DNA of 64,000 bases from Bugula neritina (taxonomy: Eukaryota; Animalia; Bryozoa), in assembly GCA_964035545.1 (NCBI GenBank), contig OZ037772.1, forward strand, positions 12,894,818-12,958,817, given 5' to 3'. The position numbers and the translations under genes were made by a program. The notes under the pieces were generated by a model. It was given only the letters and a program-made list of their open reading frames with translations, had not been told where the DNA came from and ran no database searches. This document shows, in pieces, positions 30,201 through 42,025 of this stretch (position 1 is its first letter; the number at the start of each line of letters is the position of its first letter).

Positions 30201-33200
30201 ACCTTCCGATGATGCTGTATCTTCCTTCAATAGAAACCCGAGACTCTTTAAACGTCTTCACGCCGTCTTTAGTGAGATAGCCGTGGGTGTAGCCCAAGGT
30301 CCCAGCGTGATATCTAAACAGAGCAGTAGCTACTATACTCAATATAGCACTAGACTACATAGAGGAGACAGCTACCATGTAGTATAGTTGTATATTATCT
30401 TGTAGTTCATATAGAGGAATTTGAGGAACTAATATATGAAAATTATGAAATAATTTCCATAATAATGCTTGACTTGACTGAAATGTTGAGAAGAAAAGCA
30501 AATACGTTGAACTGCAGCTGCCTACTAGACTCAATGTATATTCAGCTTACTGAGTTGTGAAAACATTTGCAAATTCAGAAAATGTGAAATGTTATTTTGA
30601 GTTCCAGCAGTTTATAGTCAGGTGAGTATAATATTTCTTTACAGCTTCTTAAAGAAATACACAACAACACTGTGTACTACATGACAACACTGTGTACTAC
30701 ATGACAACACTGTGTACTACATGACAACACTGTGTACTACATGACAACACTGTGTACTACATGACAACACTGTGTACTACATGACAACACAGTGTACTAC
30801 ATGACAACATTGTGCCACAGTATAGCTGGCATTCTGTGATTTTTGTGAAAAAACACAAATTTTCAGATTATGTCAAACTCTGTGTTTATTTAGCAACTTT
30901 ACATGTAAATACATATAATATTTTCATCAAAAGCTATAATTATAGTGTTAGCATCATAAAGGCTGACAAAAGTTCCCATATTTATGTAACTATTTATAAC
31001 TCTTTATGCATGAGAGTGATCGTTAATTTCTTCTGATTTATTGAATGGAAAGTTATCAAATTACATAATAAAACAGTAGAAGTCAACTGAAAACAATAAA
31101 TCCTCAACCCATGAAACTTCTCCATATCAGAGGTTTATTAATCAGACATAAAACCTGTCAAGTTAAAGTACACTGAATGCTCCCCAGTAAACTACATCAC
31201 ATGACATGTAGCCTCTGTTTGTACAGCAATTAATTAACTCGTTAGGGGATGGAGACAGGCATAGCCTGAGTTAGTAGGTGATAGACGAGTGTTTATGTTA
31301 CAAACAAGGTGGAGGTAATTAATACAAGGAACAGAGGCTATAATTAGAATATAAACACACCGGATATTATTATATGACATGTGACATGTCTGCTGTAGAT
31401 CTCAAGGTATTCTCTGCAGAATACTTGCTATTTTCATTTACCGGATAAAAAGGATATGAAAACACAGAATGTATCAGCACTACGGAAGTTAAAATTTAGC
31501 AAATTGGATTCCCTGTATTTCAATTGAAGTCTAAGATGTGACAAAAATTAGTCTAGTTGCCCCCTGAAGGTGAATTTGACAATAATTGTTAAAATTTAAA
31601 AGCAGAAATATAATTGATGACGTTAAAGTGAAAAATCCCATTGAAAAAATGCTGGAAACAACTTTCATACAAGCTAATCAACTGAAGGAAAGTAAAGAAA
31701 CCTCAACTGCAGTACACTCTACCAAGATGGAGTATAACTTACACTCTACCAAGATGGTGTATAACTTACACTCTACCAAGATGGTGGTCACTACATCTGT
31801 CGGCTGCAGACGTCTGAGTCACAGGAAGTGAGCGGATCTCCCAGTTATACTTGCTCTCTCCTTTAATCCCGGACACATCTACCATGATCTCTACATACCT
31901 TCTGTTGATCTCTGTGAATACAACTTTACCCACAATTCCATGTTGGCTAAACTGGGCTGTAGCTGTTAGACCTGCAAAGAGAGAACAAATCCAACAACTC
32001 ACTAAACTATGGAAGACTACGATAAAGTGTAGCAGGAATTCTACACCACAACGTAAACACTGCACTGAAGGTTGGTGTGTGCAACCAATATTAAACTGGT
32101 ATTTCTCCAAATATTTTAAACACATGCCTTTTCAACAATACTTGTTCAAATGAATCCATAAAAAATTCAACAAGAGTATACAATACAGAGTATATAAAAC
32201 AGAGTATACAATACAGAGTATACAATACAGAGTATACAGTACAGAGTATATAATACAGAGTATACAATACAGAGTATACAGAGTATACAATACAGAGTAT
32301 ACAATACAGAATATATATAATACAGAGTATATATAATACAGAGTAGAAAATCTGGTCAAGAGCATGAGTCTAGGAATTTCCTTCCCTGCAAACTAATTCT
32401 TTGATTTGCTGAAACTCCCTGGGAACTGCTGACCAAAAGACATAAAATTTGTCACGACTTCCACCTGTACTTCATCAGTATACGTATTACTATCAGTCAG
32501 TATATATCTTACTTGCAACATGAAACAGTTAACTTCAAATCATATCAATAATCATTATGAGAACTAGTGAGCTGCATATGTAAATGTTTATGTATGCAAC
32601 TCATCAACAACTTGTCTCCCAGTGTCACTTGATTACACACCAACTTGTTGGACAGTGTCACTTACATACTACATGTGTGTGTGTCATGATTATACACATG
32701 GGAACTTGCTAGCTTGTGCCACTGGCACTGTGACATGCATGTCATTGCGTCATTACTCATAGTTGTGCAAACTACAACCTGTGCTGTAGTGTCAATTACT
32801 GAATATAATACTGCAATCACCTGCACGTATTGAAAATCTACAACAACCTGTTGCTTTGTGTCAAAGTTATTTGGAAGTTTTGAAAAATTTAGGCAGTAAT
32901 TTAGACACATACACTGAATATTAACTAAAAAATATCATTGTATACCTACATATGTATATGACACATGACATATTGCATAAATGCACTATAACTCTGATGT
33001 TATAGTAAACTGAAAAACTGCCTAGAAAATCCACAGGTCATATAAATTATATAGCCCTAAAAACTAACAATATAGTTTGAGATAAAATCCACAGGACTTT
33101 CGTTGAACATTCATGCACACAATAACAAAATTTTAACAAACTAAAATAGATGGGAAAACTAGATTGAATTAAGTTTAGATTTGTCATACAATTATAGGAT

Positions 33201-33359
33201 GTACCAAAAGATATACTTAAATTATGCTTGAAGGTAAAGAAATATTCTCACAATTAAGTTTTTAAACTTGTGCATAGGAAGCTTACCTTCAACTTTAGCA
33301 TGGGTTCTACACACTAAGGTTACCGCTATGAGAAGGGTCACAAAACACCCCCAAACCAT
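21244..33359 (-). CDS. Secreted protein with three degenerate Cu/Zn-SOD-like repeats followed by about five fibronectin type III domains and Gly/Ser/Thr-rich linkers; 3' end uncertain
   Basis: Exon 33359-33287 gives signal peptide MVWGCFVTLLIAVTLVCRTHAKVEG. SOD-fold patterns: ATAQFSQHGIVGKVVFTE...YNWEIRSLPV...RYSIIGRSLLV...ICSTI; VSGRVTFS...LVGKSLVV; GSVTLTQ...VYDPFNV...FPVGDISGRY...LNLPLYGAHSVYGK. FN3 motifs: LSGLKPGVDYYIRV, LRPDTDYEFRV, LSPNTPYYFTV, LPPNTPHYFRV. Last clear exon is 21604-21572; a candidate terminal exon 21275-21244 is tentative. Confidence 0.8.
22810..23020 (-). repeat. 33-bp repeat, probably coding (GDVISTGSTGS)x6 linker
   Basis: Open frame from the acceptor near 23036 to the donor GTAAGC near 22809. 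Confidence 0.75.
23950..24145 (-). repeat. 15-bp coding repeat encoding a (T/A)SGGQ pentapeptide linker
   Basis: Exon ~24271-23909 reads DGQSGSFTFSS...GTSGGQTSGSQASG...TSGGITGNSEVVAGETET in the frame continuous with the flanking FN3 exons. Confidence 0.8.
24938..25374. mobile_element. Non-autonomous hAT-type DNA transposon (MITE), 437 bp
   Basis: Terminal inverted repeats CAGGGTTG(G/A)GGT at both ends; perfect 8-bp target-site duplication CCATGTAG at 24930-24937 and 25375-25382; subterminal (CAATTA)n motifs; no ORF. An 8-bp TSD with CAG-starting TIRs is typical of hAT elements. Confidence 0.88.
25528..25785 (-). repeat. 25-bp tandem repeat reiterating exon end plus donor (G|GTGAGT) of an FN3 exon
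   Basis: About 10 copies; the frame-consistent donor is at 25756-25755. Confidence 0.88.
27713..27935 (-). repeat. 36-42-bp repeat reiterating exon end plus donor (CTCTCACT|GTAAGT)
   Basis: Six donor copies; true donor at 27921-27920. Confidence 0.9.
30660..30815. repeat. Intronic 20-bp repeat (ATGACAACACTGTGTACTAC)n
   Basis: Directly visible. Confidence 0.93.
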
Positions 33360-34602
33360 GACTAACTCTCTCAATAAGAGTTTCAAGCCAACACCTATCA
33401 ATCTTCAATTCATCAATTTTCTACAAAAATAATAAAGAGATTACGAAAACATCTCCACAAATCCACAGACTGATTTTAGATGCAAAATGAACAGCAAAAA
33501 TATATAGTGGAATATAAAAAAAATTAAACATCAAAGATGTTACCAGATAAAATACCAATTACACAGAAAAATATTATAATGCTATAGAATACAACAGATA
33601 AAATGGATTAGCAATATAAAGTTTGTGCTGTACAGAAAATAAAAGTAAATATTATAATTGAAATAATTTAGCAGACATAAAACAGTCAACATTTGAAAAA
33701 CGATATGATGCAACTTACGTCTGCAGAAGGTATGGCAGCAGTGACAGGACTGAACAGGTGTGCCAGCTCTTTGTGAATAACCTGACACACTAACCAGCAC
33801 CTGCAACACTGGGTCATATCTACAGGCCATATCCTACAAGTGACAACCCGTGACAGCTGAAACTAGCTTGTGTGTCAACAATGAATAAAACATACTGTGA
33901 TAATAGACATGAGTGTGAGATGCATCTGTAGACCTAAGGCTATTAGCTAAACAAATCTGCAAATAAGAAAGCTGCTTACATACATCTGCCAATAAGAATT
34001 GAGTTCAACAAAAAGCTGCTTACATAAAGTTACATTGATTAATAAGTCAAGAGTGACAATATTTAATTATAACAATTAGATATAACATCAAAGGAATATT
34101 ACATATATATTTATAGGCTGAGTGAATTTTACCTGCATTGGTCAGGGGAGATGATCCATCGGCTGGTTTTCACACTAATCGGAGGAGATGGGGAAAGCGT
34201 ATCAAAGAGCACAAAATTATACAATTGAAGGCAAATAAAATCCAAGATCGTAATGAGATTTTACATATATTATATTATATTACATATATTATATTATATT
34301 ACGTATATTATATAAGTTTATAAACTCCAAAACTGAAGGTAACATAAATGTAACTAAAAACAATATTTTGTTGACAGAATCTCAACTATTTGGGTATTAA
34401 ATACATAGTATAAGTATTTGTTTTCGATTTAAAAAATATAATTAAAAATAATAAAAATAAAAAACAGCATAATGCATAAAAATGCTTTACAAATATTATC
34501 CTGGGAATTAAAATGAATTGCCTAAATGTAACGCGAGACTTGATTAGACAGTTAGAGATAGCAGAGCCAATCAACTGCTACGAACCACAGAGAAATGGAA
34601 TA

Positions 34603-36248
34603 CTATCTTTTAGAGAACTCTTCTAAAGCTTCCTTGACAACCGCCTTAGTAGTTCCCGTCTCTTCATAGATACGTACAGCCAGTACTCCTGTAACCAGCA
34701 CAATGATGTCATTATTCAACAGAGTGTATGGTCAGACAACTCCGAGATATAACAGTTTTATTGTTAGCACCAAATTGTACAAAAAGTATAAATGATTATA
34801 TTAAAAATTCTTCATACCAAAAACTGTTTTAGAAAGTTGAGTTAACACAAAAATAACATCTTTTTCTAAACATTTCATCAGCACGAAAAATTATGCTAGC
34901 TTCAACTATTGCAAGTCGAAGAAAAAAGCTGGGAGAATGCTTTCCCCTATAGAGGAAAATTTGTGGGTAGTGTGTACAGTCACATGTGAGCTACACATAT
35001 ACACACATGTAAATCTACATAGCACTGCAGTCCTTTGTATATTACACACTAATTCACACACCTAAATGATTCTCTATATATTACACACTAGTTCACACAC
35101 CTAAATGATTCTCTATATATTACACACTAGTTCACACACCCAAATGGCTGATGTCTCGGATATTTCTTGGCTCATCATCAAAGAAAATCATGTCTTTGTA
35201 ATCAATCCCACTGTCCTTCTGTATCCTGTAACGTAACGTCATGAGTGTGACACACAGACAGACACACAGACAGACAGACAGACAGTGTAGGTATATAAAA
35301 CATAAATGTACAGGGAGATAGTAGAGAATTTCTGACGGCTTATATAACATCCATTCGAATACAACAATGTATATCTACAGAAAGTAGTGTATACCTGCAG
35401 AAAATAATGTATATCTACAGACAATAATGAATACCTGCAGACATCTCAAAAGAAATGCGCCAGATAGATTTACATCGTTTTGTATGACAAGATGGTCTGA
35501 GTTTCAATAAGACTATTCAACGCAAAAACTTGGGCTTTGGAACAAACAGATTCTATAATATGAACTGCTTCAATTGTATCTCCATTTGATGTCTTACTGC
35601 ACACTGTGGAAGATTAGTAGATTTGGTGGTGGATACTGCAACATGCCGAGTTCCACACATTTTACTCACCGAGAAAAATGAGTCTTCTTTCCCCCGGGAT
35701 ACATTTCCTTGTAGGAGAAATATTTATTCCAACCAAAGAGATCAAGGAGAGACTGAGCATCTTTAGGAGCACCGGTTCGCGAGGCTATGGCTAGCGTGTA
35801 CCCTTCTTTGTGTAACTGGTGTAGGACCTCAGGCACATCCGGGTAGTGCTCAATCTTTCTGAGATATGAGTCTATGACATCGCCATTTGACCTAAAGATG
35901 AACAATTAGGTAGAGGCAGTAATATTTCATCATTTGATTCATAAAACATAGTATACTGCTACAACTTATTTAAACAGAGTGCGACAGAAAAGATAATATT
36001 CAGCCAGAGGTTATGTTGTTGAATATAGAATCTTACTTTTTCTGAAATGGAGGCTCCACGTGACAGTCAACCCAGAACGGCCATAAAGTGTAATCTACAA
36101 AATTCAACGCAATCAACAGATGTTACATAGAAATAAATAAAATATCCCGCTAAATTGTCACAAAGTGGATATAGATATTGAAGCTAAAACCTTTACCTAG
36201 ATCAAATACTAATAACTTGGGTCTTTTTGTAACTTCTGAGGATGCCAT
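34603..36248 (-). CDS. MDP1: Magnesium-dependent phosphatase 1 (HAD superfamily), 5 coding exons
   Basis: Spliced protein [34 protein letters not shown]...YPDVPEVL...LAIASRT...EMYPGGKKTHF...SGIDYKDMIFFDDEPRNI...[14 protein letters not shown] and FFDDE are MDP-1 signature motifs. Confidence 0.93.
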
Positions 36249-37803
36249 ATGATTTTTCAATTTCTTGACTTCCTAATTTAAAGATCTAGAAGCAATAAAT
36301 ACATGAGTAGTGACTAGTTTGAGCAGGCACTTTTAACAGTCACTACTACTATCAGTATCAGTGATGCTAGGTTTTAAATAAAAATAATAATATCATAATG
36401 ATTGAATCTTACAAGCACGATATTAATTAAATATGAATTTTATATTATGATGACTAGAAGATTAAGTATAACTATAAGTATAAGTAATGTATAAGTAATA
36501 GTATAGTGATCAGTGATGGCAATACTAACTCTAAGACTAAGAGTAAGAGATTAGAGGGCTAGACTTTTACTATCATGCTCATTACCATGTCAACTAATTG
36601 TTAAACTCAAACTGATGATGATCAAAATTACAATGATACTCATAGTCATACTGGCACTGGTACTGATACTTAGCACTGATAGTCATAGTGATAGTGATAG
36701 TCGTACTGATAGTGATACTCATACTGATACTCAGTCTCATAGTGATAGTCATAGTGTCAACAGATTTAGTAGACTGGCCAAACTAAAGCTATGTATCTTA
36801 ATTACATTGTATCAGCATTTTAAACTAAAATAAACTATACAATTTATAGTATTGTTATATATAACAATTACCTGCTTTAAGCACAAATCAATTGAACCTA
36901 ATGGTAATATCATTAATTAAACTTGAACTTCAAACACTGCTTAGAAACAGGAAATAAAGCAGAACCGTCATTAAGTAAATCGCTACACTTTCATCTGCAA
37001 CTGAAAAGACAACTTTTAATTACACAGAAGATGCACAACTGTTCATGTCTAATAATATTTAACATTTTAATTATTGGCGTGAATCATATTGTTTTTATTG
37101 TTAATGAATGCATGCAGACAAGAATATATTTTATATTACGAGTAGTAGTTCCTACTTCCCATTCTTTTAGCTACTCCGTTATTTATAATGGAATGAAGAT
37201 TTGTATTAGTGACAGCTGCAAATTTGAGCTATTTGAATTATGCAAGGTATATACAATTTTTGAAGCAGTTTGAAAATTATATGCGCGTGTTAGAGATAGT
37301 GACTAATTCTAATGCAAGAGCTCATCTTGGGTGAGAGCTAGATCTCATATTGTGGAGCAATTTTATTACCAAAATTACTGCTTATGCCATTTATTTCTAA
37401 ATATTTTGTATATACTGTAATTTTAAAATGGCATGTTTATCTCAAATACCAGAGAAATTATTATGAATATGTTATCATAATTTAAACTGGATATTAGAAA
37501 GGTGTAGGCCATGAATGTTGGCATGTTAAGTAAGGAGAGCACAATTCCCAGAATAGCTATCCTTACAAATTATGGTTGATTAATCATATATGCTTATGTA
37601 CCGGCAGTAGGTCTCTGCTAAACAATTCACATAGCTGCTTCAAACATTTCCTTTTATGACATATTTATTTAACTTATTATTTACACATTAAAATAATGTT
37701 GTGCACAGAGAGGGATTGACTGAAATATAAAAATAGTTTGTTAGACTGAATAGAATAGTTTAAGAAAGTTCTGTAAATAAGAAATTTATGATTATCAATA
37801 TTA

Positions 37804-38466
37804 TTAGGTTGTCTTTTCATTGACTCCCCCAGAATGTTGATAACATTTCCCTTTGTGGCCTTTACAGTGATCTGTTTCATCACCCGACGAATCAGATTCC
37901 TCGGAAGAACTTTCTCCAAACATTCTGGGCTTATTGTATATACAGCAACCTGCAGACAGATGTCAACATGGGATATCACACAAGTTATGACATACAGTAA
38001 CCTGCAGACACCTGTCAACACACAAGTCATGACATACAGCAACCTGCTGACACCTGTCAACATGGGATATCACGCAAGTCATGGCATATGGCAACCTGCA
38101 GAAACCTGTCAACACACAAGTCATGACATACAGTAACTTGCAGGCACCTGTCAACACACAAGTCATGACATACAGCAACCTGCTGACACCTGTCAACATA
38201 GAATATCACACAAGTCATGACATTCAACAACCTGCAGACAGATGTCAACTGCAAGTAGTGAAGAACTCATTACTGCAAACATGCCAGTATATAAAGTAAG
38301 TAGGGATTAAAGGTAGACACCAGGACTAACATTTTGACTTTTTCTTTCCCATGTGCTCATTGTCTACAGTTTCCTCTGTCCATTGGATTTTCTTCTTCTG
38401 TTTGGGTTTCCTCAAGACAAGAGTGACTGGTTGCTGCCCGGCAGCTTTTTCCTGCTTCATATAAAA

Positions 38467-38533
<67 letters not shown>

Positions 38534-39015
38534 CATGACAGCATAATATATAATACATGACAGCATAATATATAATATATGACAACAAAATATATATTAT
38601 ATATAACAATATAATATAAAAGTTCCCTGTAAGGACTTGGGAATCTATTAGAGTACTATTTCAATGAGAGTTGCTTCCTTTTAAACTTCCAATATACAAA
38701 AGACGAAATGAAAACTTGCAGCAAAACACAAAAAGCTAATTCTATCAGTAAAAAGTTTTAAAGACAAGAGACTCAGGCTATACATAGGTTAAGTAGAATG
38801 GAGAGAAGACAAGGGACTCAGGCTATACATAGGTTAAGTAGAATGGAGAGAAGACAAGAGACTCAGGCTATACATAGGTTAAGTAGAATGGAGAGAAGAC
38901 AAGGGACTCAGGCTATACATAGGTTAAGTAGAATGGAGAGGGTGGGTACCTGTTGCTGCTCTGTTACAGTCACCACCTCAGTTCTTGTCTCACAGTGCTC
39001 ATTCACAGCTGCCAT
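37804..39015 (-). CDS. PPP1R11: Protein phosphatase 1 regulatory subunit 11 (inhibitor-3/Ypi1 family), 3 coding exons
   Basis: MAAVNEHCETRTEVVTVTEQQQ / ...TLVLRKPKQKKKIQWTEETVDNEHMGKKKSKC / CCIYNKPRMFGESSSEESDSSGDETDHCKGHKG...*. Contains the RVxF-type KIQW and the conserved DNEHMGKKKSKCCCIY. Confidence 0.93.
37940..38255 (-). repeat. 42/52-bp repeat reiterating the PPP1R11 last-exon acceptor (GCAG|GTTGCTGTAT)
   Basis: About six upstream copies; true acceptor AG at 37951-37950. Confidence 0.88.
38762..38940. repeat. 48-bp intronic tandem repeat, about 3.7 copies
   Basis: Visible immediately after the first PPP1R11 coding exon. Confidence 0.9.
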
Positions 39016-40599
39016 CAGAGCTAAACACATATTACAGAGAAGTCTTTATGAATTCAGACAAATTCAATTTTAATTTACTTTCAAACCTTTTGCTTTCTGC
39101 ATATTTCAACTTGTTTACTGAATTAAATCAATGAAGTGTTTGGTGTACTGGTATACTGTAAATAGCGTAATGAAGGAACACAGAAATGTCTGTATAACCT
39201 TCGAAAGTTGAAATTTATTCTGGAACGATTGGGCAGTGTTACAGAGAGAATATATTGAATTATAGTGTAACATAAAGCAAGAGCTACACATGCTGAAGTT
39301 CTCAAAAATGATGAGTTATGTTTTTATAGTGTTAGGATTAGAAGTGGTTATGATGCAGTATGTTTTCAATTATCTGAAATTGTATAGGCCCATATACAGT
39401 GAAATACAAATCTAGTATTGAAGATATTTTTTGGAATCTTTAGTATTTGAATAGTATGTGTCCTATTGCTGTCATTTCTAATCACTACGTGTTATGACCA
39501 CGGCTTAAGTCTAACTACTACCATCTATTCATACAGTATTGAGGGTAAAATGGATCTCTTTGTAATATACTTATAATAGCTCAACTTCAACTTGCATTAA
39601 TATCAATTTCAATTTAAGTTACCCTAAGTATTGGTATTGGTAATATATACAAGCTGGGTACTACACTCACATAAAAATCCTAATAGTTAAGGTAATTGTG
39701 ATGATCAGAATGAATTCTATTCACTCACAATGATTGTAATTGCAGAGCATAACTAGTAATAACTGTTTGTAACTTGTGTAATCACAATGTTCATGCTGAA
39801 CTATATTAAAATTAGTTTTAATAGAATTATTCATAAAAATATGAGATAAAAATCCTTTAAAGTTTAAATAATTAATTGTGACTGTCACTGTAGTACCAGT
39901 TCAAGACATATTTATTCACTTACTAACATAATGACAATGATAATAAGACTATAATTATCAAGTTTAACAATAATTTAAATAACATTAAAAATAAATGTAA
40001 AAAGTTCAATACTAGAAATAACATTAGTATTACTATTAGTATGAATAAGTTTAATAGTAATACTAATAAGTAATACTATTATTATAATAGATAAAAACAA
40101 AATTTTTACTATCACTAATAGTATTAGTAATATTTTACTGTTACTTAGTTACTATGAGTATAACTAATAAGTATTAGTATTATCTAATTTTATACTCAAG
40201 TTATATCATTATCATTATGAGTATAATTATTAATATTTCACACTAATGTAAGACTAAGACTAAGTCGTCTAAGAGTAACACTAGGTCTAACTCTAACAGT
40301 AACTGTAAGCCTAAAACCCAAAAATAGAAAAAGCAAAATCAGAATAAAAATTAAATAATTATATTATAATACATAATGATAATTATTTACAATAGCTATA
40401 AGCAATAATATTTATATTGAAGTTGATAATAAAAATTATTAATTATAATATTAATACTATAACTTTCTATAAGTATAAGTATAACTATAAGTATTAGTAT
40501 AACACTAACAGTTAATGTTATAGTATAACTATAACTATAACTATAAGTATAAGTATAATAATTAATTATAAACAATAAAAAACAAATTAAATAGAAAAT

Positions 40600-41300
40600 C
40601 TAGTTATTTATTAAAGCAAATATGAGTCTAAAGTGCTTACAGAAAATTGTTTGAATGATACTATTCAGATCACTATGAGTGCTTAGAGTTAATTGTTATA
40701 TTTATAACAATAAAACGTTATCACTTTTGGCTCTCCCAATTTCAGGGAGTCTACTTAATTATTTTTATTGCAATTATAGCCAAAACCTTAATCTGCAATT
40801 ACTACTTGAAAAGCGAGACAATTATAAACCACTCGATTATACCGTTGCGATAATAAGTAATAGAAAGCTAATATATCTAGCAAACCAAGTATTTTTCAAT
40901 TTCAGTTGTACTTCCGTGGGAGCAGCGCAGAGTGCAAAAGCCAGATTCTACTTCCACTTTCACTTTGCTTGCATCAAGTATGTAATTTCTTAATACTTGT
41001 AATGATAACCATTATTGCTTGATCATAACCTCACCGCGGCTATTAGTGTTACTCAATGAAAATAGTTAGCTTAAAAAATAATTTTACTAATTATTGTAAT
41101 GATTGTTAATTTTTTTACTGTTCAAATCAGTTTCAGCAGCTGCGCTTGCAGACGGCGACGCACTCGCAGTGTGAGTGCGAGTGTCAATGTGACTGTGAGT
41201 GCCAAGTCTCACTGTCAGTATGAACAGTAACTTAAACTGTAACTGCAGCAGTAAGACCGATTAATAAATGTAGTTGCACACTGTACAGTGGAAAATAAAA
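40600..41300. promoter_or_regulatory. Possible bidirectional promoter / non-coding first exons of the divergent PPP1R11 and uricase genes
   Basis: Both genes have an acceptor-like site upstream of the ATG (~39022 minus, ~41863 plus). A GC-richer patch lies inside very AT-rich DNA, with candidate donors GTAAGC (~40640, minus) and GTAAGA (~41251, plus). Inference only. Confidence 0.3.
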
Positions 41301-42025
41301 TCTATCCCTGCTCTGACATTAAGTTGATAATGATTATCATTATGACTTTAAGTTTATTTTCCTTATCAATTTATCATTATTATTAAGTGATTAAGATGAT
41401 GATAATAACAATTGATTATGATAATCATAATTATTATCAGATAATCATAATGTAGTGTTCTCTCATTTCTTCGAAAATATTTGTTAAATTTAAACATGAA
41501 TAATGAAAATTTATTGAATATTTATAATAATATGAATACTTTCAGTAAAACTGTTTTAGTAAACAATTTTATTTACTTTATTGAATTGCCAAAAGAGAAA
41601 AGACCTAAACTTAGGCTTATGTCTATGGTTATGGCAGTACTGGTACTAGTAGTAGTGGACATTTGATATGAATAAATACATTTACTTGTCCATCTAACTC
41701 ACTCTAAATCAAAGTGCAGATCTTATACTAGTAGGCTACAGCAAAAAAGGTTTATAGTTATACTTTATAATAGTAGTGTTTCTAGTAGTAATAATAATAA
41801 TGACACCTGTAATGCGTGAAAATTAGAACATTTAATGCTTAAAAAGATTTTTTATGTTTTCAGATAGGCAACTTTCTGTTAACCATTGGTAGCGCCTGCT
41901 GTTAAATAATATTCATTCATGATAGGGCCAACTATGTGTATTACTCTGTGTATTTAAATTTTTAATTGGCTTTTAAAAAATGACACATGGAATTTGTTAT
42001 TGAATTTATTAGTAAATTTACTGAG

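Noticed and set aside
41161-41184. 8-bp hairpin CACTCGCA/TGCGAGTG
   Set aside because: Too short to call an RNA gene or terminator; could be chance in GT/GA-rich sequence
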